Assembly: GCA_000697335.1 (NCBI GenBank) | Contig: JNEM01013958.1 | Span: 1-40,757 of the forward strand | Source: Conidiobolus incongruus B7586 | Lineage: Eukaryota | Direction: 5' to 3' | Length of the DNA: 40,757 bases | Shown: positions 24,337 to 36,648 of the stretch, piece after piece | Layout of the letters: the number at the start of each line of letters is the position of its first letter | Numbering within the stretch: position 1 is the first letter of the stretch | Notes under the pieces: model-generated | The model's database searches: none | What the model was told of the DNA's origin: nothing | What the model saw: only the letters and a program-made list of their open reading frames with translations | Translations under genes and position numbers: made by a program

Positions 24337-27300
24337 ATGAAAAAGATGTCAAGTAAAGGCAAACAAATCCATTTTTTATTCAAACCTTTTGCAAGATTAT
24401 TTCCAAGAAAAAAAATCAAAGGCACAATAGATCCAGCATCAACCCCAAATGAAGGATTGGAAATCGATTATCATACTCTATCTATACCCAAGCTGTGCTT
24501 CAGATTCGCTACATCGGATTCCGAAGGCCTTTCTCAGAGCTTAGCGAGTGAAAGATTATTCAAACACGGTCAGAATGTCATCAATCCACCCAAGTCAATA
24601 TTTTTGAAAAAACTCTTGCAAGCTTTGTTTGGAGGATTTTCAGCTGTATTGTGGATTGCTTCCATCTTGTCTATTCTTGCTTATAAACCTCTTGGTGGGG
24701 ATAATCCGGATAGCTCCAATCTAGCATTAGCACTTCTATTAATTTTGGTGGTATGTCTACATATTTCGTTTCATATCTATCAGCATTTTAGCTCTCATAA
24801 GGTCATGAATTCCATAAGTAATATGATTCCGAATAAAGTATTAGTCACTAGGGATGGTATTCATCATTCGATTTCTACCACGGAATTGGTCAAGGGCGAT
24901 TTAGTCGATTTGAAATTGGGTATGAAAGTACCGGCAGATATTCGTGTTATAGAAGGGAAGGACTTGAAAATTGACCGTTCTATGCTTACGGGCGAGAATG
25001 ACCCAGTGAAAACTGTTCCTGAATGCACAGACGAGGATTATTTGGTGAGTCGAAACATTGCTTTAATGGGCACCCTAGTGACAAATGGCGAAGGTAAGGG
25101 TATTGTGATTAATATTGGAGATGATACAGTCATGGGAAAGATTGCTAAAATGTCATGCAAATCTATTAATAAAGAGATTTTGCTGGTGAAGGAAATTGGC
25201 TTTTTTGTCAAAATCATTGCCACATTGGCACTTACCACAGGTTTATTTGTACTCATTGTATGGGTATCTTGGCTAAAAGTTAAATACCCCTCATTTTTAA
25301 GTTTATCCGATATTCTCGTCAATGTCATCGGTGTACTAGTGGCATTCTTACCCGTTGGATTACCCATAGCAGTCACTTTGACATTAACCATTATTGCAAG
25401 GAAAATGTCAGACGAAAAGATAGTGGTGAAGAATTTGAATATTGTAGAAGCTTTGGGCTCTATTCACATGATTGCAACGGACAAGACGGGGACTTTGACT
25501 AAGAATCGAATGACAGTGATGTCGGTAGTACTGGATAAGAGCTACAAATTAAAAGATTGTTACGAATTGCATGATCAATATCATCCTGTATTTACGGAAC
25601 TCGTAGCCATATCATCACTTTGCAATGCTGCAACGTTCGAAAATGACCATTTGAAACTACCCATTAATCAAAGAACAGTGTACGGAAGTGCCACTGATTC
25701 CGGACTCTTGAGATTTTCAGAGAGATTTAAACCTAATAAGGAATTTCAACAAGAATATACAATGATATTAGAGATTCCTTTCAATTCTAAGAACAAATGG
25801 ATGGTTAGAATCCTTCAACCTAAATCCGAAGCCAACGTATTTAATACCAAGCAACGCATTATGATGATCAAGGGAGCCCCTGATGTTGTTTTGCCGTGTT
25901 GTCAATTTTATTTGGACGAAGATGGCGTGCAAAAACCTTTAGATCTTGCTAAAAAGAAATTCTTTAAGAAGGAGCGCGAGTATTGGAGTAAGCAAGGTCA
26001 TCGCATGTTGCTGTTGGCTAGGGCTATATTACCCGACGATCAAGATCTTTCGCATTTTACAATTGATATAGACAACCCAATTCCTAATTTGTGCTTAATT
26101 GGTCTGTGCGGTTTAATTGATCCTCCTCGGGATGGTATTCAGGATACTTTGAAACAGTTTCGATCAGCTGGCATTAAGGTTATGATGTTGACGGGTGATT
26201 TTTCTCTGACTGCAACAGCCATTGCAAAACAGGTAGGAATTATCAGCAATCCAGAAGTTGATACTATTGCGAATATTCTAGCAAAAACCAGGGAGGAAAT
26301 TATTGAGGTATGTGTGCATAATGAGAAATCTCAATCTAGTCCTGCTCGATCCCTATTAATCAACGGTCCTGAAATTGAAGGTTTACATGAGCTTGAATGG
26401 GATAGAATTTGCCAATATGACGAAATAGTCTTTTCCAGAGCTACTCCAGAACATAAATTAGCCGTTGTTCAACAATTTCAGAAGCGTAAATTCAGAATTG
26501 CAGTAACTGGAGACGGTGTAAATGATGCCCCAGCGCTCAGATCTGCAAATGTTGGGATCGCAATGGGAGGAGGCTCTTCTGTAGCGATGGAAGCTGCTCA
26601 CATGATCCTGGTTGAAGATAATTTTTATTCATTGCTAGAAGCCATCCGCTATGGTAGATTAACTTTTAATAATTTGAAAAAGGTGATTCTATATCTACTA
26701 CCAGCTGGCAGCTTCTCAGAAACAATTCCAATTTTAATGAATGTTTTAGTCGGAGTTCCATTACCTTTGAGTGCATTCTTAATGATTATCATTTGTGTTG
26801 TAACTGATGTGTTTAGTGCACTCGCTCTCATGCACGAAAAGCCCGAAACCGATCTCATGTCCAAATCCCCAAGGAATGCCAAACAAGATCGATTAGCCGA
26901 CGAAAAACTATTACTTCAAGCGTATTTATTCATAGGAATCCAAGAAGCATTCTTTGCTCACGCTATGTATTTCTGTTACATGCACACAGAGAAATTGGAG
27001 CTATCAGATTTATTTCTAGTATTTGACAAGTGGTCAGATGGCTATCAAGGCATGACGCAAGATCAGTTAGACTATGTAAAAAGTAAAGGTCAAACTATCT
27101 ACTTTGTGACTTTGGTGATTATGCAATGTTTGGGGAACCTTTTTGCCACTCGAACAAGACATGTTTCCATCCTAAGTTTCAATCCATTCGCTCCAAAAAG
27201 TTTCAATCCTCACTTAATCATTGCAATCATTGCATCCATATCTATGGCTATCACTGTAGTGTATGTACCATGGTTCAACAAGCTATTTAATACCAAACCC

Positions 27301-27423
27301 ATTGAATTGAGATACTGGCTCATTCCTATTATCTTCGCAATGATTATTTTAATCAGCGAAGAAATTCGAAAATTGATAGTCAGAAAGTATCCCAACTCTA
27401 AGTTAGCCAAATTATCTTGGTAA
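24337..27423 (+). CDS. P-type ATPase, Na+/K+-ATPase-like (P2C / fungal ACU-type) cation pump, paralog 1, intronless
   Basis: Uninterrupted ~1028-aa ORF (first ATG 24337, second 24346). Motifs VPADIR, DRSMLTGEN, DKTGTLT, EIPFNSKNKW, KGAPD, DPPR, MLTGD, VTGDGVNDAPAL, GRLTFNNLKK, YLLPAGSFSE; hydrophobic segments in the P2 arrangement. Confidence 0.95.
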   Translation: MKKMSSKGKQIHFLFKPFARLFPRKKIKGTIDPASTPNEGLEIDYHTLSIPKLCFRFATSDSEGLSQSLASERLFKHGQNVINPPKSIFLKKLLQALFGGFSAVLWIASILSILAYKPLGGDNPDSSNLALALLLILVVCLHISFHIYQHFSSHKVMNSISNMIPNKVLVTRDGIHHSISTTELVKGDLVDLKLGMKVPADIRVIEGKDLKIDRSMLTGENDPVKTVPECTDEDYLVSRNIALMGTLVTNGEGKGIVINIGDDTVMGKIAKMSCKSINKEILLVKEIGFFVKIIATLALTTGLFVLIVWVSWLKVKYPSFLSLSDILVNVIGVLVAFLPVGLPIAVTLTLTIIARKMSDEKIVVKNLNIVEALGSIHMIATDKTGTLTKNRMTVMSVVLDKSYKLKDCYELHDQYHPVFTELVAISSLCNAATFENDHLKLPINQRTVYGSATDSGLLRFSERFKPNKEFQQEYTMILEIPFNSKNKWMVRILQPKSEANVFNTKQRIMMIKGAPDVVLPCCQFYLDEDGVQKPLDLAKKKFFKKEREYWSKQGHRMLLLARAILPDDQDLSHFTIDIDNPIPNLCLIGLCGLIDPPRDGIQDTLKQFRSAGIKVMMLTGDFSLTATAIAKQVGIISNPEVDTIANILAKTREEIIEVCVHNEKSQSSPARSLLINGPEIEGLHELEWDRICQYDEIVFSRATPEHKLAVVQQFQKRKFRIAVTGDGVNDAPALRSANVGIAMGGGSSVAMEAAHMILVEDNFYSLLEAIRYGRLTFNNLKKVILYLLPAGSFSETIPILMNVLVGVPLPLSAFLMIIICVVTDVFSALALMHEKPETDLMSKSPRNAKQDRLADEKLLLQAYLFIGIQEAFFAHAMYFCYMHTEKLELSDLFLVFDKWSDGYQGMTQDQLDYVKSKGQTIYFVTLVIMQCLGNLFATRTRHVSILSFNPFAPKSFNPHLIIAIIASISMAITVVYVPWFNKLFNTKPIELRYWLIPIIFAMIILISEEIRKLIVRKYPNSKLAKLSW

Positions 27424-28539
27424 TATCTATTTTTATCCTTATTGCAAAGTTTGATAATAAATTATGTTTTTTTGGAATTGAAATATTATTGAATATTTAA
27501 TATTCTAAATTATGTAATAACTTGATGCTGATGATATTTTGAATTAACCATTTTAAAAATTGAATTCCCATCAATATTATATATTCATTCATCTGCATTT
27601 TATTTGCATAACATCCTATTATTTATCTAATATCAATTCTCTGTTATTATCATGATTCATTTATAATTCCAGCATTTTGGCTGTGTTTATAGTTGAATAA
27701 TTATTAGTTAATATAATTTATTTATTTCGTGGATTATTTAAAAAAATTTAGTCAATTGTTTAATATTAATATAACTCAGTCGTTATAAATATCACTTTAT
27801 ACAATCATAGCAGTTAAAGAATTTTGAAATTAGCTTGAAATTAATCAAATAATGAATATATTCTATTTATTCTTGTTATTAATTAATTGGGTATTACATT
27901 TTATGAAATTATACAACTGAATAATCAATAAAATTTATGGATTTTAGTCTATTCAATCGCTCTATTATCTGCCCAATAATATATAATAATTAAATTTTTT
28001 ATAAATCATTGAACATATCTCTAGAATTCAATATTAGGCGAATATGATAAATAAATTAATTTTTGATAAATTTGATCATCAGTATACATTTGTTAACACT
28101 ATTAAATAAATTGATAAATGTAAATTATTTAACTGCCTAAAAATGCTGAAAATAAGATTAAATGATTCACGTGATCATAGATCTAAATATACAGAATATT
28201 TATTGATTTTATTACCGAATATATTGAAACTTAGAACTCAGAGAATATAGTATTAATAATATTATCACAATCAAATGATTAAAATATAAGATATAACTAT
28301 TTCTAAATAACTTTTAGCGAATATCTTACTTGATAAATGGCTCCAAATCCCAATTTAAACCCTTTTTAATGAAGATCAAACCATTTATCACTTCATTAAT
28401 AATTACCCAAGATCCCATAAATCCTGCACACTCGCATTTATATAAAAACATAATGAATTCTATTGGATAAAATATTATTAGATACCATTTGATCCTTGTA
28501 ATTTTATAGTTTTGATTTTATTAATTTGCCTTCGTGTCA

Positions 28540-28909
28540 ATGACTCGTAAGCTAACAATAATATATAGTATTTTTTACAGATAATCCAACATATTGGTTA
28601 GGTGGTAATCAAAGAGAAAAAGATAGAGAAAGAGCTGCCAAGAGAGCTGCTGCTGCCCCTAAGAAAAACCCTAAAAATGGTAAAAATGATGGTCAATGCT
28701 TAAAGAATAAGATGGAAAAGTAAGTTTTTATTCTACAAGATTGTACTATATATTAATTTTTAATTCATTTAGTGATGCTGCTATTATGAGAGCTAAACAA
28801 CAAGTAAGTCTTATTTTTATTTTTATTCTTAAAAAATTATCTAACTTTAATTTTATAGAAAGCTATGGAAAAAGCTGCCGCTTTGGCTGCGGGGGGTGAT
28901 AAAAAATGA
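28540..28909 (+). CDS. SERF: SERF / 4F5 family small EDRK-rich factor, 4 exons
   Basis: Spliced protein MTRGNQREKDRERAAKRAAAAPKKNPKNGKNDGQCLKNKMENDAAIMRAKQQKAMEKAAALAAGGDKK*. GT-AG introns at 28547-28601, 28720-28772 and 28804-28858. Family signatures MTRGNQRE and DA.IMR.KQ. Confidence 0.93.
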
Positions 28910-30603
28910 CCCAAATTTTTATTTTTCTACTTCGCTCTCTCCTTTCTTCTCTATAAATATATTCTTTTTCTTAATAACTATTCTAATCATATTTTATTTT
29001 TGTTATAGTTGTAAATCGTAATTTAATGGTAATTGAATTAATTGATGTATCTATAGCATAAAATTTAATGAAATTCCTCCAAATTCATTTCAATATAACT
29101 ATATTTAGCTCGATTATTGTATTTAATCATTTATATTATATTATATTATATTATTCAGTACTACACTAATCAAATCATCATAATATGTGTTTAATATAAT
29201 ATGTATTTAATATAATATGAATTTATATTGCAAAAAATTTCAAATAAAAATATTTAAAAATTACCAATTAAGTATAATTCCTTTTTTCACTTTAATAATA
29301 AACTAATTTAAACAATAATACTATTACACATTTCAAATGCTTGATTCAATTTAAATATTTAGTGAATATATTTTTATTTATAGAATAATACTTGAATGTT
29401 TTTGGAAGTTTTAAGGATATTTTTAAATATCAAACACAAAGATATACACATCAAAAGATACAGAAAATTTTAATTTTTTATTGAAAATAAGCTGAATCGT
29501 ATTAGAGAATTGATCAATCATTTACTATTAAAAAATTTACAATAATTAATCTAGATATAAGGTCGACAATATTGGGACAAAATATATGTTACTTCTTCCA
29601 CTGTTAACGTTCAAATCAAAATATTAAAGAGTTATTGTTACATAAAAATAACTTCACTAAATAAATATTTTGATAAATTTTATTAAATATTTAGCTCATT
29701 GATTTATTAGCAATTTGAATGAGTATCAGTTTTTTTTTAAAATGAATATTATTTGAAATGCCACTTGATATAAATATATCTTTGATATATTTCAATTTTT
29801 CTAAATAATTGTAAAATTTGCTAAAAATTAAATTGAATATAATGAAAAGATATTAAGATTGAGTTTAAAATAATATGATTACTATTTATTACCTATTATT
29901 TTACTATTTAATTAAATCAAAGATAAACTATTTATATTTAATATTAAAAATTTGCGGTTTTTGTTTTAGTTTTGTTGAATATACATTATTGTAAATTCTT
30001 TAAGGCAATTATTAATATTAATTCCAATAATTTTGAATAGTTCTTAGTATTATTGATTTATTTATATATTCATGGCATTAGTTTTATTAGTCAAATCATA
30101 ATTATTTTGTAGTGATAAATACTATAGATTGCAATATTTGTTTGATTTTAAAGTGCATAGTCATATATCGATATTATATGTATATACAATTTATAATATA
30201 AGATCATTGTTTTAATAATAAAAACTTAAATTTATTTGATTTATTGTAAACTTCAAAAGTTTTTAAAAACAGTCTCACAAATTGTTATTGTTCTAAACAA
30301 TTGGACCAATCATTGAGCTAGTGTAATCTATTTTTTGCCTTATTTTGGATACTCAATTTGATTTAGTTGTGAAATGAAACAGAAATTTAAGGGAATATTA
30401 ATTGAATCTCTATTTTAATTCATAAAATTGAAATTTAAGGCCAAACTTGATAGAGATGTATTACTATCCCTAATATTTGTTTATTAAGGCTCCTGGCCTA
30501 TAAAGTTATCAAGCAATGTTATTGGTTAAAGTAATACTAAATCACTATTTTTGAAAGTGATGAATTTCATATTAAAAATATTTTGAAATACCGTTATTTC
30601 GAA

Positions 30604-30610
30604 TATAAAA
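30604..30610 (+). promoter_or_regulatory. Candidate TATA box
   Basis: TATAAAA followed by a G-rich stretch, ~95 nt upstream of the ATG at 30700. Weak evidence given the AT-rich background. Confidence 0.3.
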
Positions 30611-30699
30611 GGGAGAGAGATGGCTTAATCTAAAGAGTTGGAATATTAATACTAATTTAATTATATTTGGTTTTTACCAACTTTATTATTTTTTTTGAG

Positions 30700-31275
30700 A
30701 TGATAGTCAGTGAATCAATAGTTGGTTTAGTACTCTTGCCACTGGTTCAAGGTTATGTCCTTGAACGAAGATCGACAACCACAACTTCATCATATCCTGT
30801 GAGCACTTCAAGCAATTGGGGTGTTACCATGCAAACTGTGAATATGAATTCGGGAAGTTCAAGCTACGACAGCTCGAAATATATATCAACCAACTCCAAT
30901 TTCGGCAATAGTCGGACCACTTATGGTTCAACGTCTCAAGGAACTACAACTACCGCCGGTGGATTTAACTCTAATCAAGTAACTACTAATCAATTTTCTG
31001 GCACTACAGGTTTCAATAGTCCCCAAACCTATACTTCTGGACAGATGAGTGTCAATGGTGGTTCAGTAACCAACCAAAGTGGTACTGGAAATTATGGATC
31101 AACTGTAACAAGTTACTCGCAAACTACTGGCTTGGCTGGCTCTAATTATGCAAACCAACAAGTTGCTCAGGGAGGTGCATCTAACATGTATACTCAATCC
31201 CAATCTTACACAGGCATTCAGGGAGCCTCTTGGGGTGATGTTCCATCCAATTATTTCACCTACCCTTTCCCTTAA
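30700..31275 (+). CDS. Secreted Ser/Thr/Gly/Asn/Gln-rich low-complexity protein (191 aa), intronless
   Basis: ATG at 30700. Signal-peptide-like MIVSESIVGLVLLPLVQG, then YVLERR (kexin-like dibasic site). Coding-like GC content. Stop TAA at 31273-31275. Confidence 0.8.
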   Translation: MIVSESIVGLVLLPLVQGYVLERRSTTTTSSYPVSTSSNWGVTMQTVNMNSGSSSYDSSKYISTNSNFGNSRTTYGSTSQGTTTTAGGFNSNQVTTNQFSGTTGFNSPQTYTSGQMSVNGGSVTNQSGTGNYGSTVTSYSQTTGLAGSNYANQQVAQGGASNMYTQSQSYTGIQGASWGDVPSNYFTYPFP

Positions 31276-32313
31276 ACGAAAGATACCTTTTTCTTTTAAT
31301 TATTAACTGACATTTAACATGAATGGTATTTATTATACAATAAACGATTAAGATCATATATAAATTAAAATAATATCACCTTTATAAGTATACCAACTAT
31401 ATTAATTTATAATATTTGAACTTTAATTTCTATTAACTAGTGAATATATCTCTCACTTTAGATATCTTTAAGTGAAACTGACCAAATTATTTAAATTTCA
31501 ATATTCTGGTAAGCATATTTTAACATCAGCCAATATCAATAATTTTTATTGAATTTACTTTCTGGATGAAAAGTTTGATAACAAGTCCTTCAATATTATA
31601 AAACAGTATTTCAATGTATAATGTTTATGATTTTTCACAAAATCCAAAGTTAGCTATTAATAGATCAACTAAAATAAAGCTGATATAGATCTGTTATAAT
31701 CGTAGCTTTTTCAAATATTCTAATTGTATGATTGGTTCAAATAATTATATAAAAATATTTTTTTTATTTATTTAGCTGTTTTATATTTTAAATAGTATTT
31801 ATAAGAATCTAGAATGGGTTTTGAATTGTCAAAATATTGAAGCCTCAATATGAAAATATTTCTTGAATTTTATACATAAATAATTTGTGAATATTACTCT
31901 GTACATTGATTGAAATCTAAAATTAATAATTTTTAAATATATTTAGATACAAATACCATTTATAGAATTATTTTACATTATAATTCTGAATAATTTTAAT
32001 CTTGTAATAATATAGCTTTACAATCCATATATTTCAACTTTAAACATTACTAAAGGAATAAATACATAATTAAAATTTAAGGTAAAAAATATTAAAAATC
32101 AATATATCAAAAAATTCACAAAAGGTGATAAAATGACATTTAGAATCAAAGTTATAATAATAGTAGATAAATACTTTAAAACAATATATTATTATTATTA
32201 TGATTTATAGGCCGGAGAGAAATATTAATGATATTGATTAAAGAATTAAGAAATTTATTAATATTTATAAATAGTATTATAATAATTTTGAATTTATATT
32301 AAAAATGTTTGGA

Positions 32314-32385
32314 TAAAAGCTTGAGGTTTAGATCCTCCGGCCTCGGGATTATGAGCCCCACGCACTTCCTCTGTGTTACGCTACT
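32314..32385 (-). pseudogene. Degenerate initiator tRNA-Met(CAT) gene
   Basis: Minus strand AGTAGCGTAACACAGAGGAAGTGCGTGGGGCTCATAATCCCGAGGCCGGAGGATCTAAACCTCAAGCTTTTA. Shows A1:U72, a short D loop, G-rich anticodon stem with CAT and a GATC.AAA initiator T loop, but has mismatches in the acceptor, D and T stems. Confidence 0.8.
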
Positions 32386-33315
32386 TTAATTATAAACTTT
32401 ACAACAGGCATTCAAAATTGAATATTTTTTAATTAATATTTTTTATCAATTCACATTCATTCTTTAATATTATTATAATTCAATAAATTTTTTATTAATA
32501 AATTAAAAATTTATTAATGTAAAATTTGATTTGTGACAACCTTAATTGTGGTAGGAAATAAACTTTTAGAGCTTAAACAGGAAATCACCAGTGGTAAATG
32601 ATAAATTACCACAGAGTTAGAAATTAATGAGATTCACCAAATGATGTGAAAATGGTTTACTGTAAATTGGGCTCTTTGAGTAAAATAAATATCTCACGCT
32701 TGACACAACTCAATACTTTTGTGGGGTTATGAGAAAAACTTAGAGACTGGATAACTTTGAAATGAAGATAAAAAAGATGTGTTTATTAGTTTGTTTCATG
32801 ATAATTCTATATTAGCTTTTATTGTTGATTTTTATGGATAGGAATGACTCAATGACAGAAAAGAACATAACCACCTAGTTCAGGAAATGAGTGTTTTCCA
32901 ATGTGACCTCAATTCATTGTGGTAATCACAGTTAATTGAGTGATTGACAAGATTATTTCCCATCATTTGTAATATTAATTGTTTATTTATAGTTATTATA
33001 TATATACTTTTTTAACAATTATTCAATAATATTCTATATTTGAATATTATAACTATGAATAGTAATATAAGAATTAATATTATGAAATAACTCAAGAAGA
33101 TTGGATTGTAAAATAAGATAAAGTGAAAATATATTTACTTAAAAAAACAATGATAAAAAATTCTTGTTCATTAGTTAAGAAATGTGATAGAAATATTATT
33201 TATATAAAGGACAAATTGAAGTTATTTTAGACAAATATATAAAATATTTCGATCAATATATAGTTGATAATTTAATTACAATGAATGAATATTATTGAAC
33301 TTTAATCAATTTTAA

Positions 33316-33399
33316 CCGACTATAGCTCAGTTGGTAGAGCGGGAGACTGTAGTTTAAGCTGTAATCTCTAGGTCACTGGTTCAATTCCGGTTGGTCGGA
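33316..33399 (+). tRNA. tRNA-Tyr(GTA) with 11-nt intron (~33353-33363)
   Basis: Acceptor CCGACTA/TGGTCGG, D arm GCTC..GAGC, anticodon stem GGAGA/TCTCT with GTA at 33349-33351, T arm ACTGG-TTCAATT-CCGGT, discriminator A, and a downstream T-run terminator at ~33411. Confidence 0.95.
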
Positions 33400-36300
33400 T
33401 ATAAACAACATTTTTTTATATAATTTTTAATTGAATCCTATTTGTTATTATACTGTAACGAGATTAGCTAGGGGTATCAATGCCAGCTCTAATATTTCGC
33501 CATGATGGTCGGAGATATAAGTGACTATGTGATCTACAACTCTAGGGGCCATGAGGACCAGTTGGGTCGCAATGGCCATCCGATTGGGTTCATCATATGG
33601 GATTAACTGTAAATTGGGGAGATTAGAACGAATGAGAGACATATTATAAAATTATGTAATAGTGAGTAAAGCTAAATAAGAAAAGAAATTGTAGCAGAAT
33701 AGATTTTATTATTCAGATAAGTGAGTAGTATGGTATGACTAGTGATAAATTGGTGGGTGATTTAAGTAACACCAAGGCAGAGGGGTTACGTTTGGAAGTG
33801 TTAGATATGGGAGAGGATGGTTGGTATTAGAGTTGTGAATTTTGAATATGAACCAAAATCAAGCTTTCATGATAGAAGCTACTGGTATATTTAAAGGTAT
33901 TTTAAGAGTTTGCAGGGATGTGGCTGTGCAATGTGTGTCCTTGTGATGATTCACGGGACTGGTTCCTTAATCTTGTTTATCCGAAGGAACAGGATGCGAC
34001 ATATACTATATTAATAATTTTTTAATATATCAACATATTTTTTGAAAATTACCTTCTTACTCACATTTCTTTTAATACATCTCTATATCTATTATATATT
34101 CTATTTATTTCTTATTTAGATTATCAAATTAAATTAATTAATTTAAACAAATTCATAGTTTTCAAAAATATACGTAGAATCATTTTTTAATAATTTCAAC
34201 AATTAATTAAAATAGATTTCATTCCATTCAAAAGATAACTAATTGATTTGAGCAGAGCTGTAAATTCAAGATTTAATTCGAAATTTCAAATATTAAAAAA
34301 TTTGATAGAAATCCAAATTTGGATATCTTTTAATTATTGAATAGAATTTAATTTTGGAACACTAAATTTGTTGACCAAATTCTCCAAATTCAAATATTAC
34401 TATATTTGTGAAAAAAAATTGAAAAATATTATTAGATATATATAATGCGATATTAAAGATAGCCCAAAATTAAATAATACTGTTCCAATGATTAATGATT
34501 TTTTCAGCATTTAAAAATAGAGAGGAAATATGAGAATGTGAATAAAATGTTTACAAATTTTAAAATCAAATGATAATGAATTCTTACATATGACAGTAAA
34601 TATATTAATAGAATTTAAATTGATATTTTTATCAAATATATTTAATATTTTCATACAACTATTATACAAGTTTAAGTCATACTAAATCAATTAAATGAAT
34701 GCAATAAAAATACCGATAAATTACCATTCAAAATAATTATTTTAAGGGTTTTAATTAACTATTATGAAGCTTTATTATATCAAATTATTTACTATAACAC
34801 TCAATTTTAAGAGCTTTTAGCTCATAAGGAATAATTTCAAACTATTTTAGATCAACTCACAGCAATAAATTCCTAGAGATAAATACTACTAAAACAGGAG
34901 AATTTTTACATACTAAAATCTATAAAAAATTTGCTAATATTAATTAATATAATTAAAAAAAATCATTGGAACAGATATTAATATTATTAATTGAAATTAA
35001 AATCTGATAAATTTATTAGTGAGAGTATGTACAAAAATTAATTAACTTTGCATTTCAGGAAAATGCTAGATAAATGAATAAATAAAATCGATTTATTAAA
35101 AAAATTAAATTTTTAATTTTATTATAATAATAGATTTTAATATGATAATAATATGCACAAATTCTAGATCTAACCATCAGTATGCTTAAAATATATGTAA
35201 GTGTGCAAAATTAAATTTTTCAAAATTGAGTTAATTGATCATCTCTACCTTAATAGAATTGCATCAGTTATTTTTCAATCTTTTCACTCATACTGTTAAA
35301 TCTCTTAAAATAATAAAATTGATGCTAAATCATTGAGATGATATTGATAAATTTTTGTGACACTAACCAATTTAAAGTTTACATAAAAATTGTAACCTTA
35401 TCTAAGTTAACAATTGTGGAAAAAGAGTTAATTGTTGTCGGCTGTTGAATTCAACCGCCTAAAGATACAATCTAAGTGCAAAAATCTATAGGTAAACAAA
35501 TTTCAAATATAAAGAATTTGAATATTTTTATTCTTTCACAAATTTGACGATTCATTTATAAATTAGATAAAGATTTTAAGTATACATTACAAATGACTTC
35601 AATCCTGAGAAAAATTAATTTCCAAAATTAATTATTTTCCCGTTCATGAATTATAAAAAATGTGGGGATTGTAAGCTTGTGTAACTTGATGACATATAAT
35701 AAATGTTAACTTGGGAATTATCATGAAAATTTCATTTTTTTTATAATCAAGGGGCCATCAAAGTTCGCAAGTTTAACATTGTGTGGATCAATAGTTTTTT
35801 GTTGAGTTATTAATGGCTTAAAATAGTAATGAAATGGGTTCTTTTGTGTAAAAGTGAGTTGATTTATATTTGATCAATATCATTAATTTTTAATCTGAAT
35901 AGTGAGTGATCGTTGTATTCAATTTTGATTAAATATAATTACATTAAAATATTTGTTATAATTGATTCACTAAAGGATATTTTCATTAAATAATTTATAG
36001 TGACTGAATTAGGTTGATTTAATTATTAAATTTAATCAAAATTGATTTTTTAGAGTATTTATTTGTAATCAAATTGCACCCTTTGAAAAGGGTTTTACAA
36101 ATATATTAAAATCAAAAAAATATAATACAAATCTTTATATATGCCTACATAAACAACTAAAGATATTAAGACAGAATGTATTATATTGTCAACTATCTAA
36201 TTAGTTTTTAATTAATATATGTATCCTAGTATTTTATTGATCAAGATCATCTAATCTGAAAAATATTTTAAACTAGTGACCAATTATAATTAATCATTTT

Positions 36301-36648
36301 CTGGCAATATTGCCACTGTTTATCCTTATCCTACAAATTTTATTTACTATCACACAAATTTCAGATCAAAAGTTGAATTTGGATATTCGATTATGATTGG
36401 TTAGAAATTAATATAAAATAGGCAAGCTAGTGAGATTTGAACCACTTCATGGTTTGAAAATGTATCACTTCTCATTTGAACTAACCTTTATTTAAATCAA
36501 TAATTATTAATTACATACTATAAATATTAATTGAGCCTTCTCTATTTTTAATAATATTTATTAAAATTTAATTTAATTCCTTTTCCTCGAGAAAAGGACG
36601 CTTGTATTTGGACTAATTAAATATATAATTATTTAATCATCAATTAAA

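Noticed and set aside
28166..28174. TCACGTGA E-box upstream of SERF (and TTACGTAA near 12408 upstream of UBX5)
   Set aside because: Single short motifs; plausible but not distinguishable from chance without conservation data.
32532..32930. TGTGA...TCACA bounded segment between the two tRNA genes as a solo LTR; LIVVGNK as a small-GTPase remnant
   Set aside because: No target-site duplication and no second copy in the window. The motif lacks the NKxD Asp and other G boxes. May still be a decayed element.
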